From a virus (Duplodnaviria; Caudoviricetes): a stretch of 55,748 nt of DNA. Shown one piece after another: positions 38,951-47,755 of the stretch. The notes beneath the pieces were generated by a model that worked only from the letters and a program-made list of their open reading frames with translations, was not told the DNA's origin and did no database searches. Within the stretch, counting starts at the first letter, position 1, and each line of letters begins with the position of its first letter. The stretch is taken from positions 1 through 55,748 of IMG/VR virus record IMGVR_UViG_3300023443_000216; one strand, given 5' to 3'. Position numbers and translations under genes: made by a program.

Positions 38951-39927
38951 GATCTCAATTCCTCCACGACTTTCAAGACTTCAATACCGTCATCAATTGT
39001 TGCCAGGTTTGGATGTAGTGTCTTGGTTTGTACAGATTCTATAAAAGCTTTCATTTCTTCTTCAAACTGTACGTTGCGATCTTTATCATATGAATACACA
39101 ATAGGAACATTAAAGTTAGTACTCTTTGGATAGAGATATACATCATCTCCCCATTCCCATTTAATAGTACCTTCTGTGCCGACAATGCGTAACCCACGGT
39201 TGTATGAACGATCCAGCAAATCCATATGTACACTAACCTGTACACCATTAACCCAAGGATTGGGGGTTACACGTGCTGTAAAATCAGCCAGATCATCACT
39301 GTCTATGTCCAAGTCTGATACTTTACCCACAAACCCTTTAACGTCTCTCATATGCCCACCAAGTAGATGTTGCAAGTAATCTATCTCATGGCTCAAATCC
39401 AATAGTGCACCACCTCCTTGATCTGCATGAGCCATGTACCACTGCGTATAGTCTTCACCAGGGTGCCAATCAGGGAGGTACTGTCCTACTGCAGCACGTG
39501 CATATAGTGGCTTGCCTACCCTTGGTAGGAGTTCATCACGTATGAGTTGTATAGCTGGATGGAAGCGCATAGAGTAACCCACACAGGCCATAGTCCTAAA
39601 TGCATTAACAAGATCTTTTATGGCTTTCCCTTCAAATAACGTATGTGCTAGGGGTTTTTCAATTAATACAGGTATACCAGCAGATATAAAATTTACAGCA
39701 ATTGAGTCATGTGTAGCAGGAGGTGTAGATATGATAGCAGCTTGGGGGTTGTTTTCTAATGCTCTTTCAACGCTTGAATATGTACGTAGGTTATCTACTT
39801 GGTCACGTGCATCTGTGAGTCTAGCAGCACTGGTATCAACTGCTATAAGGTTCTCCTGGCCCATCATCATAAAATTGCGTAGGTGCCTGCATCCGATACT
39901 CCCACAACCAATTACAGCAATTAACAT
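38941..39927 (-). CDS. Gfo/Idh/MocA-family oxidoreductase
   Basis: VIGCGSIGCRH, IEKP, YLPDWHP, GGGALLDLSHEIDY. Confidence 0.92.
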   Translation of the reverse strand: MLIAVIGCGSIGCRHLRNFMMMGQENLIAVDTSAARLTDARDQVDNLRTYSSVERALENNPQAAIISTPPATHDSIAVNFISAGIPVLIEKPLAHTLFEGKAIKDLVNAFRTMACVGYSMRFHPAIQLIRDELLPRVGKPLYARAAVGQYLPDWHPGEDYTQWYMAHADQGGGALLDLSHEIDYLQHLLGGHMRDVKGFVGKVSDLDIDSDDLADFTARVTPNPWVNGVQVSVHMDLLDRSYNRGLRIVGTEGTIKWEWGDDVYLYPKSTNFNVPIVYSYDKDRNVQFEEEMKAFIESVQTKTLHPNLATIDDGIEVLKVVEELRSCQ

Positions 39928-39940
39928 AATACTCCCAAAA

Positions 39941-39984
39941 TGTTACCAAAAATGGCTTGTATTTCTATTATAACTGTGTATACT
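39941..39984 (+). promoter_or_regulatory. Promoter with upstream TGTTACCAAAAA element
   Basis: TTGTAT-N16-TATACT; shares TATAACTGTGTA with 239-250 and a 23-mer with 16860-16882. Confidence 0.55.
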
Positions 39985-40003
39985 TGGGTAAATCAAGTAA
40001 GGA

Positions 40004-40228
40004 GTGAGGAACAAAAACATGACAGATTTAATGAAGGCATTACTAAAGGAAGTGTTATGGGATTATATCAATAGTGATTATCAGGAATTGGATGAAGAAT
40101 GTGCCAAGGGAAATCACATTGAACCCGTAAAGTACAAAAACTATCCGATATGTCGGAATTGCGGGATTCTAGAAACAAAGCCTATACAGTCAGAGTATTA
40201 TGTAAAAATGGAAGAATATAGTGTTTAA
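40004..40228 (+). CDS. Hypothetical Zn-finger protein
   Basis: C...H...CRNCG; downstream of a promoter and RBS. Confidence 0.5.
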   Translation: MRNKNMTDLMKALLKEVLWDYINSDYQELDEECAKGNHIEPVKYKNYPICRNCGILETKPIQSEYYVKMEEYSV

Positions 40229-40419
40229 TTCTACAGTACCAACCATTAGAACAGTCAAACAGAGTTGTAAGTTAGCAGTTATGTTGATGCCAGATGGTGA
40301 TAACTGGTTGTATGATGTGAGAAAGACTGACAACCGAGAACTGGATAGAGCTATAATCTTCATATACAATGGGAAGGATACATTCTTGGGATACATATAA
40401 AAGAAAAGTGTGACAAGCT

Positions 40420-40635
40420 TTGCCACGTATCAATTGGGATAATAGCAAATTTCGTACATATTATGTATTGAACCAAGTTTCAATAGTGGATAGAATTTGT
40501 CGATGTGGCCATTACTGGTTTGAGGATATTGAAGATGGATATCAAATATGTGAATATTGTTCAACTGTTCATATTATGAAAAATGGGGAAATCTGTACTT
40601 GTAAACTTTGTAGCGAAAAGTTAGCGACTAAGTAA
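40420..40635 (+). CDS. Hypothetical Cys-rich protein
   Basis: CRCGH...CEYC...CTCKLC. Confidence 0.4.
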   Translation: MPRINWDNSKFRTYYVLNQVSIVDRICRCGHYWFEDIEDGYQICEYCSTVHIMKNGEICTCKLCSEKLATK

Positions 40636-40647
40636 TTCCTTTAACTG

Positions 40648-41133
40648 TTGTTCAATAACATGAGTGAAATAATTTCTAGATCTGGCACAATTATTTTGGT
40701 AGATAAATCAGATTTACCATTACTCACACTGTACAAATGGCGTACATATCCCCATCACAATACTTGGTATGCAGAAACAAGAATCAATAAGACTAATGTA
40801 TACATGCATCGTATGATTCTAGGGCTACGGCCAAATGATGGGATTCAAGTAGATCATATAAATGGTAATGGATTAGACAATCGTCACCAAAATTTACGGA
40901 TGGCTACTCCTGCACAAAACCAACATAATCAGAAGAAACTGAGGGGAGGAACATCTAAATATAAAGGAGTCGACTGGGATACAACATATGGGAAATGGCA
41001 CGCAAGGATCAAATACAATAAAAGAAGAATACACTTAGGATATTTCACTAACGAAATAGAAGCAGCAAAATGTTATGATCGGAGTGCCAAAGAACTATTT
41101 GGCGAATTTGCGCATCCTAATTTCCTTGGTTAA
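40648..41133 (+). CDS. HNH-AP2 homing endonuclease (start probably 40660)
   Basis: YMHRMI, VDHINGNGLDNRHQNLR, SKYKGV, HLGYF...AAKCYD...LFGEFA. Confidence 0.92.
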   Translation: MFNNMSEIISRSGTIILVDKSDLPLLTLYKWRTYPHHNTWYAETRINKTNVYMHRMILGLRPNDGIQVDHINGNGLDNRHQNLRMATPAQNQHNQKKLRGGTSKYKGVDWDTTYGKWHARIKYNKRRIHLGYFTNEIEAAKCYDRSAKELFGEFAHPNFLG

Positions 41134-41367
41134 TTCTTCCAATTGTTGCTGTATAACATCTATCTTATAGTATTCCAACTGTACCTGTTCAATTTTCTGT
41201 TCTATCACTACTTGGCGTTGTTCTATGCGGGTGATATCTTGTTGGATCATGCCAAATAGTGTAGACGATAAACTCATAGTAACGACAAGTAATGCTCCAA
41301 GAATCCACCAAATTAGTTTTTGTGTGTTACCGTTCATTGGGTCTACGTAGCTTCCTGTAATGTCCAA
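41095..41367 (-). CDS. Membrane-anchored coiled-coil protein (holin/lysis accessory candidate)
   Basis: One TM helix then coiled coil; last gene of the tail operon. Confidence 0.45.
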   Translation of the reverse strand: MDITGSYVDPMNGNTQKLIWWILGALLVVTMSLSSTLFGMIQQDITRIEQRQVVIEQKIEQVQLEYYKIDVIQQQLEELTKEIRMRKFAK

Positions 41368-42914
41368 TCTACTAATATATGTCCACCATCTTGTATGCTC
41401 CAGTCACCACGTGTTATGTAAAAATCTGTGTTAGTTATGCCTAAGTTACCTGTACTATTGATGGTAATACGTTCATTTAAATCTCTAATCAGTACTTGTA
41501 CTATCGAATTGCTATCACTACCTTCTAAATGGAAAGTGATATTACTGGCATGGGCAGTGCTATTATTCCTTACCAAATCTTGTGCTAAATTATCGTTTTT
41601 TGTTAAATTAGTATCCCCAAAAAATGGGAAATCCACTACTTCTGCTCTACGATTATATACACCAATAGAAGCAGCATCAGTGTTACATGATGTAATTGGT
41701 TGGTCTTGGAAAACAAACCCACGCATGGCTATATTATTTTGATCTATTGCAGTTTCAGGTGCATCTACAAGCACAGATTCTCCAACATTATTAGTGATGA
41801 CTATTCTTGCAGCAGAAGCACCAAAAAATTCAGCCTGTATCAGTTTATCATTATCAGCAGATGCATAAGAGGTGACACCAGGTGGTGCTGATATTATTGA
41901 GAATCCAGCCGTTGAATCTTTATTTGCTTCTGGAATAATGGCATTTTGTACTGGTGGTTTATCAAGACGTATTATAAATGCAAAAGTATCACCATTTGCT
42001 ATAATGTGGGGAGATAGTGGTATAGCTGCTATAATATCTAATGTGGAATCAGCACGTATGTGAGAAGTAACTTCCCCAACATTAACAACATTCTTGGCAG
42101 ACATCTCATAAGCTATAGACTGAAATAACAAACCATCAGCAGAACCAAAACCAAAACTTGCTACCGATGCCGAACCTTCACGATGCGTACTTGAATGAAA
42201 TTCCACAGAACCAGAACTGTTTATGAATATCATAGATTTCTGGCCTTCGTGACGTTCTATTTCTTTTAAGGCAGCCCTGGCCGACACCCCATAAGTCCAC
42301 CAGAATTCGGCAGTTGATCCTGTCTGTGCAATTGTGCGTTTAGTTGATGAAAAGGAGGATTCGTCTAGTATATTTTTTATAGCTCCATCAGAGGTACTAC
42401 CAAATGTTAAATCAGCAACCCCACTAAGTAGGAGTTTGCCTAAATTATCATCAGCAGATGTTAACCCTAAATTTGGATGTGAAATTATCTTATTATCAAG
42501 AAGCTCCATCTCGTCTACAAAGAATAATGTAGTTCTTTGATCATTACCAGGTCGGATATCTGGAGTTAGACGTTGTAGACGTTGGTCAAAAAGATGGTAT
42601 GTTGTATCTTTATAAACAGAAATAGCCTGGACCCTGCGATTCATGGTTACATTACCTGCCCCCCAAAAGTCACTGGCTGGAGCATAATTACCACTTGGAT
42701 CACTGACTATAATAGTAGCAAAACCTGCTGGTGTATTCTCTTCTTCAGGATCTCTACCTCTTCCCCAATCTACAGAAAGAACATCACCAGTTATCTCTTC
42801 AGATGAAGAAAATACATCGTCATTATTCCAGTCCACAATGATGGTGTAATCTGGAAACCCAGAAAAAGCACCGCCAGTAAGTATCTGGAAACTACCAGCA
42901 TCTATAATTGCCAT
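41343..42914 (-). CDS. Tail tip/hub-like minor tail protein
   Basis: VDWNNDD.F...EITGDV...RGRD...DPSGNYAP; C-terminal DLNERITI...FYI; downstream of the TMP. Confidence 0.65.
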   Translation of the reverse strand: MAIIDAGSFQILTGGAFSGFPDYTIIVDWNNDDVFSSSEEITGDVLSVDWGRGRDPEEENTPAGFATIIVSDPSGNYAPASDFWGAGNVTMNRRVQAISVYKDTTYHLFDQRLQRLTPDIRPGNDQRTTLFFVDEMELLDNKIISHPNLGLTSADDNLGKLLLSGVADLTFGSTSDGAIKNILDESSFSSTKRTIAQTGSTAEFWWTYGVSARAALKEIERHEGQKSMIFINSSGSVEFHSSTHREGSASVASFGFGSADGLLFQSIAYEMSAKNVVNVGEVTSHIRADSTLDIIAAIPLSPHIIANGDTFAFIIRLDKPPVQNAIIPEANKDSTAGFSIISAPPGVTSYASADNDKLIQAEFFGASAARIVITNNVGESVLVDAPETAIDQNNIAMRGFVFQDQPITSCNTDAASIGVYNRRAEVVDFPFFGDTNLTKNDNLAQDLVRNNSTAHASNITFHLEGSDSNSIVQVLIRDLNERITINSTGNLGITNTDFYITRGDWSIQDGGHILVDWTLQEAT

Positions 42915-42920
42915 TAATTA

Positions 42921-43589
42921 CTAAGTAGTAAATGCTGGAGATGTAAAGGTATAAGTTACTTTCAGTTGTCCACCAGCAGGAACAGGTAACGTAGTAGATA
43001 GAGCATCACGACAAACCATAACTTCAATTTGATTTGGGATATCCATTTGTGAAACCATACCAATTTCTGCAATCGTTATAGATGCAGTAGTATTATTATT
43101 AAAAAATCTAGCATAATCAACACTAAATCTATCAGTAGTTGTACTAAAACTTATAACTGCATTTTCACCAGAACTATAGCCCATTTCACCAGCAGCAGAA
43201 CCACTAACGATAGGTGTCCCCAATTGAAAATCTTCAAAAGTGAATCCAGATGTTCCAGTACCTATTACAATACCGTGCGTAGAATCTCCTACAGGTCCTT
43301 TGTATCCACCACCAATATTATCCCCTGGTCCAATATCATAAGGTGAAGTCTGACTGTTGTTGGTAGTACCTATAACATCTACAAGAGCTAATGATCCCTC
43401 ACCAAAGCCCGCTGTACTGGTAACATCAGCATCTATATCTAAAATCTGAGAAGCTGCAATGTTGTGGATATTTCGATTGAAAGAGTGTGCTTCACCGTTT
43501 TTATACCATATCTCATTACCATCATCATCCCATATCTGAGTTTTCAGCCTCAATATGCTACTTCCCAAACTAGGTAAAAGTCCAGACAT
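42921..43589 (-). CDS. Minor tail protein
   Basis: GIVIGTG...DFQL...ITIAEIG...RD...LKVTYTF, a tail-fibre-base-like pattern. Confidence 0.6.
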   Translation of the reverse strand: MSGLLPSLGSSILRLKTQIWDDDGNEIWYKNGEAHSFNRNIHNIAASQILDIDADVTSTAGFGEGSLALVDVIGTTNNSQTSPYDIGPGDNIGGGYKGPVGDSTHGIVIGTGTSGFTFEDFQLGTPIVSGSAAGEMGYSSGENAVISFSTTTDRFSVDYARFFNNNTTASITIAEIGMVSQMDIPNQIEVMVCRDALSTTLPVPAGGQLKVTYTFTSPAFTT

Positions 43590-43599
43590 TATATTCCTC

Positions 43600-44208
43600 C
43601 TAAGATGTTGATGTTACAAAAGTAACTGTGCCCATCGCTGTAAAATTTTGTGTGAATGTGCTACTTAACGCTGCTGGTGATTGTGTGCTAGTGGCAGCAA
43701 TACATGATCCCATAGTAGAAAAATCTTGTACTCCAATATTGGTTGATGTATTTGTTAATGGTGTTGGTGATTGTGTGCTATTAATTTGCGTACATGCACC
43801 CATAGTAGAAAAATCCTGTACACCAGGTCCAGCATCAGCACCAGGATGTATTTCTTGCTCAGGATTTTGTGCATCATCTGGTATAATAACTGATATAGTT
43901 TCAGTACGTGTAATATCATAAGTTGAAAAAGCGTCTAGTGTTATGATTATCAGACGGTCTGAACTACGCACTACACCACCAACAGTCTGACCAGGTAATA
44001 TAATAGCATTCCAACCTGTTGGTTCATCATCGGTAGACCTATTAGAAGTCATCCCATCAATGATACCTTGGCGTTGGGCATCAAATTCTGTACCACCAGC
44101 AACCCAAAAAGCAGCACCAGATAAAGTAATTTCTAGTGTCTCACCACCCCCAGGTATAGAGGCTTCTGGTTCATTGGGATGTAGTGTTCCACCAAGTGAT
44201 GCGGGCAT
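43600..44208 (-). CDS. Ser/Thr-rich virion protein with C-terminal repeats
   Basis: QDFSTMG...STQSP repeated twice plus a degenerate third copy. Confidence 0.6.
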   Translation of the reverse strand: MPASLGGTLHPNEPEASIPGGGETLEITLSGAAFWVAGGTEFDAQRQGIIDGMTSNRSTDDEPTGWNAIILPGQTVGGVVRSSDRLIIITLDAFSTYDITRTETISVIIPDDAQNPEQEIHPGADAGPGVQDFSTMGACTQINSTQSPTPLTNTSTNIGVQDFSTMGSCIAATSTQSPAALSSTFTQNFTAMGTVTFVTSTS

Positions 44209-45006
44209 TTATTTTGTTATACCTCTAGCACGTTCATCTTCTTTACGTACACGCCGTAATCTGGTTTCAAGGCTACGTATGCCATTTTCATCGGCAATTA
44301 TAGTACCGTTGTTAATGATGACAGGTTGGCCTCCTCCACCTCCACCACCCCTAGGACCAAATCCACCCAATCCAATCCGTAGCAAATTACGATTAATGAA
44401 TTCAACTGAATCTCTTAATTCTTGAAGATCTACTGCACCAGCAGTCAACCCAGTTACAGCAGCTCCACCTAATCTACCTGCTCCAGTAGGTGCTTCTCCT
44501 GGTCTATCAAAGGTTGGTAATCGAACACCAAATAACTTTTCTATAGTTGTTAAATTAGCAGGATCATTTAGCAATTGGAATGCAGTAACTAAAGTAGTAA
44601 CAATACCTAAAACGACCGCTGCCCAAGAAGCAAAGAGTATTAACGCAGTAGTTCCTTTGAGAATAGATGCAGTAGTTCCTCCCAGTGTCTGTGTCAATTG
44701 TGCTAAAACCGCAGCAGTACCTAATACCACGGCAGTAACCTGGAATGCTGTATTTAAAAAGTCTCCTTGTTTTTCAGTTAATAATCCAAATTTAACCCCC
44801 AGTTGTGATGCTTGTGCTCCTATTGAAGATAAAGCTAGAGCGGCAGTCAAAAATGTTGCTGTATTCGCGGCAAGAACTTTACCCACACTGGCAGCAGCAG
44901 AACTAAGTCTTGAAAGATTACCACCTAAACGCTGTATAGCAGGACTGGCATTATCTCTTGCTGTAAACGTTAGTGCTATACTGGCATCTTGACCAGGAGT
45001 TACCAT
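44209..45006 (-). CDS. Very short tape-measure-like protein (265 aa)
   Basis: N-terminal LTFTARDNASPAI, Ala/Gly-rich hydrophobic helices, GGGG-VIINN C-terminus; follows the tail chaperones. Confidence 0.7.
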   Translation of the reverse strand: MVTPGQDASIALTFTARDNASPAIQRLGGNLSRLSSAAASVGKVLAANTATFLTAALALSSIGAQASQLGVKFGLLTEKQGDFLNTAFQVTAVVLGTAAVLAQLTQTLGGTTASILKGTTALILFASWAAVVLGIVTTLVTAFQLLNDPANLTTIEKLFGVRLPTFDRPGEAPTGAGRLGGAAVTGLTAGAVDLQELRDSVEFINRNLLRIGLGGFGPRGGGGGGGQPVIINNGTIIADENGIRSLETRLRRVRKEDERARGITK

Positions 45007-45031
45007 GTGAGTTCCTCACAATCTACGATCA

Positions 45032-45175
45032 TTAAATATCCAATTCTCCACCAAATTCTGCCACTTGTTTTACCTGTTTGAACAGAAGAAACCTCCGTAA
45101 TCTCTCAACATCAGCATCATCTATCTGATCAAAAGTCCATCCTGTTATCTCAGCAATATTGGCATCTTGAAACAT
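45032..45175 (-). CDS. Tail assembly chaperone, second (GT-like) segment
   Basis: IAEITGWTFDQID; lies in the -1 frame overlapping the upstream chaperone; TAATG coupling. Confidence 0.55.
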   Translation of the reverse strand: MFQDANIAEITGWTFDQIDDADVERLRRFLLFKQVKQVAEFGGELDI

Positions 45176-45585
45176 TATTGGGACACTTCCTTTTGATTTG
45201 AAAGCAATGAATAGGCTTCTAGTCCCCTCTCGATACTCTGCAATACTAAAGGGCCGTAGGTTTCTCCAATCCACTGAGCTACTTGTGAGTAGTGATGACC
45301 AGGAACAACGCTATAAAAAGTATCCATATCTACAGGACCATATGACCACGATATTGTAGACTTAACAACCATTTCATCCATACGTTTAGCCAAGGACATG
45401 ATCAAATCCATATCTGGTTCAGGATTATCTTCTGTAGGTATAGTAGCCTGTGCATCTACAGCATGTTGGATAAAATCGCGTTCTAGTGAGACAGGTAGAT
45501 AGGCCCTCAACTCCCACCAATCGCCAGAGGCGCACGTAGCGTGATCTTCACCATCATCAAATCGTATAGTTTTTGTCCTAGGCAT
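45175..45585 (-). CDS. Tail assembly chaperone
   Basis: Position between tail tube and TMP; ISWSY motif. Confidence 0.6.
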   Translation of the reverse strand: MPRTKTIRFDDGEDHATCASGDWWELRAYLPVSLERDFIQHAVDAQATIPTEDNPEPDMDLIMSLAKRMDEMVVKSTISWSYGPVDMDTFYSVVPGHHYSQVAQWIGETYGPLVLQSIERGLEAYSLLSNQKEVSQ

Positions 45586-45593
45586 AAAGACTC

Positions 45594-46049
45594 CTAAGTA
45601 AATGTGCCAATTGTTAGAGTCCCTTCAACTTGTCCTTCTGCTCTAAAACTCACAGCACTAGCTACACGCCCTGTATTTGTATTTGACTTAATCCAACAAG
45701 CCCCAGAATATTGCCTACTGACAGGTGTTTGATCGCTAGTATTACCAGCTGGACCATATGAAAATGTAGTAGCTGTAGACATGGCTAGAATATTATCTAG
45801 TACAATACTTGGACCACCTGATGCAGTATTATCATAATATCCTTCAAGAACAAAAGTAGCGTTAACAAGGCTTGGTGTCCATGTTCTACCACTATCTGTA
45901 ATCTTTGATGTGTCTAGCAATTCACGTGCACCAGGTAAACCATCAACACCAGTTAAAAATGCAGATAACTCACGTGTAGTAGTACCGTCACTGTCTACTA
46001 TGGAAAAGAATTCAAATTTTGCATCAAATGGCGGGTTACCATCAGCCAT
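45594..46049 (-). CDS. Tail tube (major tail) protein
   Basis: LDTSKITDSGRTW..L..ATFVLEGYYD...FSYGPAG...YSGACWI...QVEG. Confidence 0.75.
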   Translation of the reverse strand: MADGNPPFDAKFEFFSIVDSDGTTTRELSAFLTGVDGLPGARELLDTSKITDSGRTWTPSLVNATFVLEGYYDNTASGGPSIVLDNILAMSTATTFSYGPAGNTSDQTPVSRQYSGACWIKSNTNTGRVASAVSFRAEGQVEGTLTIGTFT

Positions 46050-46053
46050 AGCT

Positions 46054-46584
46054 TTACCTCCCTCTTACTGTCCTGAATTTCTCAGTTAATCTACTTATCA
46101 TCCTATTGATTATGGCCTGTATTTGAGGTTGCAATGTGTTTAATGTCCTTATGTGATACTTATTTGGTTTTGTACCTGGGTGTTCTACCTGAGAAGCAAA
46201 AAACACATTATTACCTATTTCAAACCTTAGTACACTCTTTAGTCGTGGTCTGATAGTATGCTTCTTAGTTCCACCACGCACAAATCCACCGTAGAACTTA
46301 CTACCATATTCCTGTGGTGTCCTAGCTGGTTGTTTCACTACTAATATTTGGTTAAAACCTAATTGCATAACCTCAAAGAAAGTAGATCTAGCCAATTTAC
46401 CTGTTTTGCGTGGTGTGGCTTGTGCCAATGGACCAGATCCTTTAGCTGGCACTATTAATCTACCCATACTTCGTAGGCCATCGTTAAGAACAGCAGTAGT
46501 AAAAGCAGGTGTCACACTACGTGCAGCCCTAATAGCTTCATCTAACCCAGAAACACGGAAGTCCATTGAAAATGTTTGAGCCAT
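46054..46584 (-). CDS. HK97 gp10-like neck/tail completion protein
   Basis: VSGLDE, TPRKTGKLARS, GTKKHTIRP...VEHPGTKPN. Confidence 0.75.
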   Translation of the reverse strand: MAQTFSMDFRVSGLDEAIRAARSVTPAFTTAVLNDGLRSMGRLIVPAKGSGPLAQATPRKTGKLARSTFFEVMQLGFNQILVVKQPARTPQEYGSKFYGGFVRGGTKKHTIRPRLKSVLRFEIGNNVFFASQVEHPGTKPNKYHIRTLNTLQPQIQAIINRMISRLTEKFRTVRGR

Positions 46585-47291
46585 TACCTGTTCAATTCCA
46601 AAATTATTTCAGCCAATTTACTACCACTATCTGCCAATTTTTCTACACCTGGTATAATACAGTGTCCACCTATTGTACCTCCCATATGTTCAAGTACAGG
46701 ACGTTGTACGTTATTCATACCCATTCTAGCATAGCCGTCATTATAGGTATCGGTGAAGTGAGTATAAACCACATTGAAATCTAACTCATTTTCCAGACAG
46801 TATCTATGTATCTCTTTTTCTAGTAATATATTCATAGCATATGCAGCTAGTGACCATAGTTTACCGGCTTCTGTGTTACATGGATTCCCTACATGCTTAT
46901 AGACATACATACCTGCTTCATGAAAATAGGAAAGTAAAAATTCATTTGGTAAGGGGGCTAAGTATATAGTAAAATTCTTCATAGACTCTGCTAAGTGTGG
47001 ATGTATCCCTCTAACAGGACTGTGGTAGCATTCTAGGGCCTTTGATGTACCTACAGGTACTGTAGAGTGGATAACAGTGTAACTTGGCTGTACGTGTTCC
47101 TGATAACTCTGTATGGCCGATTCAAACTGATCAGAGTATGGAAAGCATATATGAAGTACATCTACTTTTAGGTCTTCTCTTAAAGGGAATTTCCAAGATG
47201 AATCATAGGCATGCATAGAGTGTACTGTAGATAGTACTTCACACAAAGCCTTACCAACTTCACCCATACCTACTATTAGTCCAATCACCAC
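46584..47291 (-). CDS. UDP-glucose/GDP-mannose dehydrogenase-like protein lacking the C-terminal domain
   Basis: IVGMGEVG, IHSTVPVGT, HSP.RG, TEAGKL, catalytic IGGHCI. Confidence 0.8.
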   Translation of the reverse strand: MVIGLIVGMGEVGKALCEVLSTVHSMHAYDSSWKFPLREDLKVDVLHICFPYSDQFESAIQSYQEHVQPSYTVIHSTVPVGTSKALECYHSPVRGIHPHLAESMKNFTIYLAPLPNEFLLSYFHEAGMYVYKHVGNPCNTEAGKLWSLAAYAMNILLEKEIHRYCLENELDFNVVYTHFTDTYNDGYARMGMNNVQRPVLEHMGGTIGGHCIIPGVEKLADSGSKLAEIILELNR

Positions 47292-47302
47292 TTCCCCCTA
47301 CC

Positions 47303-47755
47303 TTATGGCTCTGCTCTAGTCGTATTACAAAGTTCAGTAACAGATAGTACTATTTGCTGATGTAGAAATGCATTCCGAGATCCTGAACCTGGATCAAATG
47401 GTTCTACAGGAGATATCACAGCAATATTATGATCAGTTACACCAGTTGTATCATTTAAAAGTGGATATTGATTCAAAGTATCTATTATATTTTGCATATT
47501 GGTATGTGCATTATCTATAGCAGTAGCAATCTCACCAGTTCTCTGTGTATAAACATCAAGATTAACAAGCCATCTATTTTCAACTTGTCTGAAAGTAAAA
47601 TCCTCATTACTAAAACCACCAAAACTAGTTGCAACATACCTAGCATTACCAGCACCTAAACCACGAAAGTCATCAGCAAACACATTATCACAAGAGAAAT
47701 CTGCATGTGTTGTTAGCGTACGAGTTATACCATCTTGTACACTATTGAACGACAT
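47303..47755 (-). CDS. Tail terminator-like protein
   Basis: Size, position and beta-strand pattern (WLVNLDVY...IIDTL..YPLL). Confidence 0.55.
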   Translation of the reverse strand: MSFNSVQDGITRTLTTHADFSCDNVFADDFRGLGAGNARYVATSFGGFSNEDFTFRQVENRWLVNLDVYTQRTGEIATAIDNAHTNMQNIIDTLNQYPLLNDTTGVTDHNIAVISPVEPFDPGSGSRNAFLHQQIVLSVTELCNTTRAEP

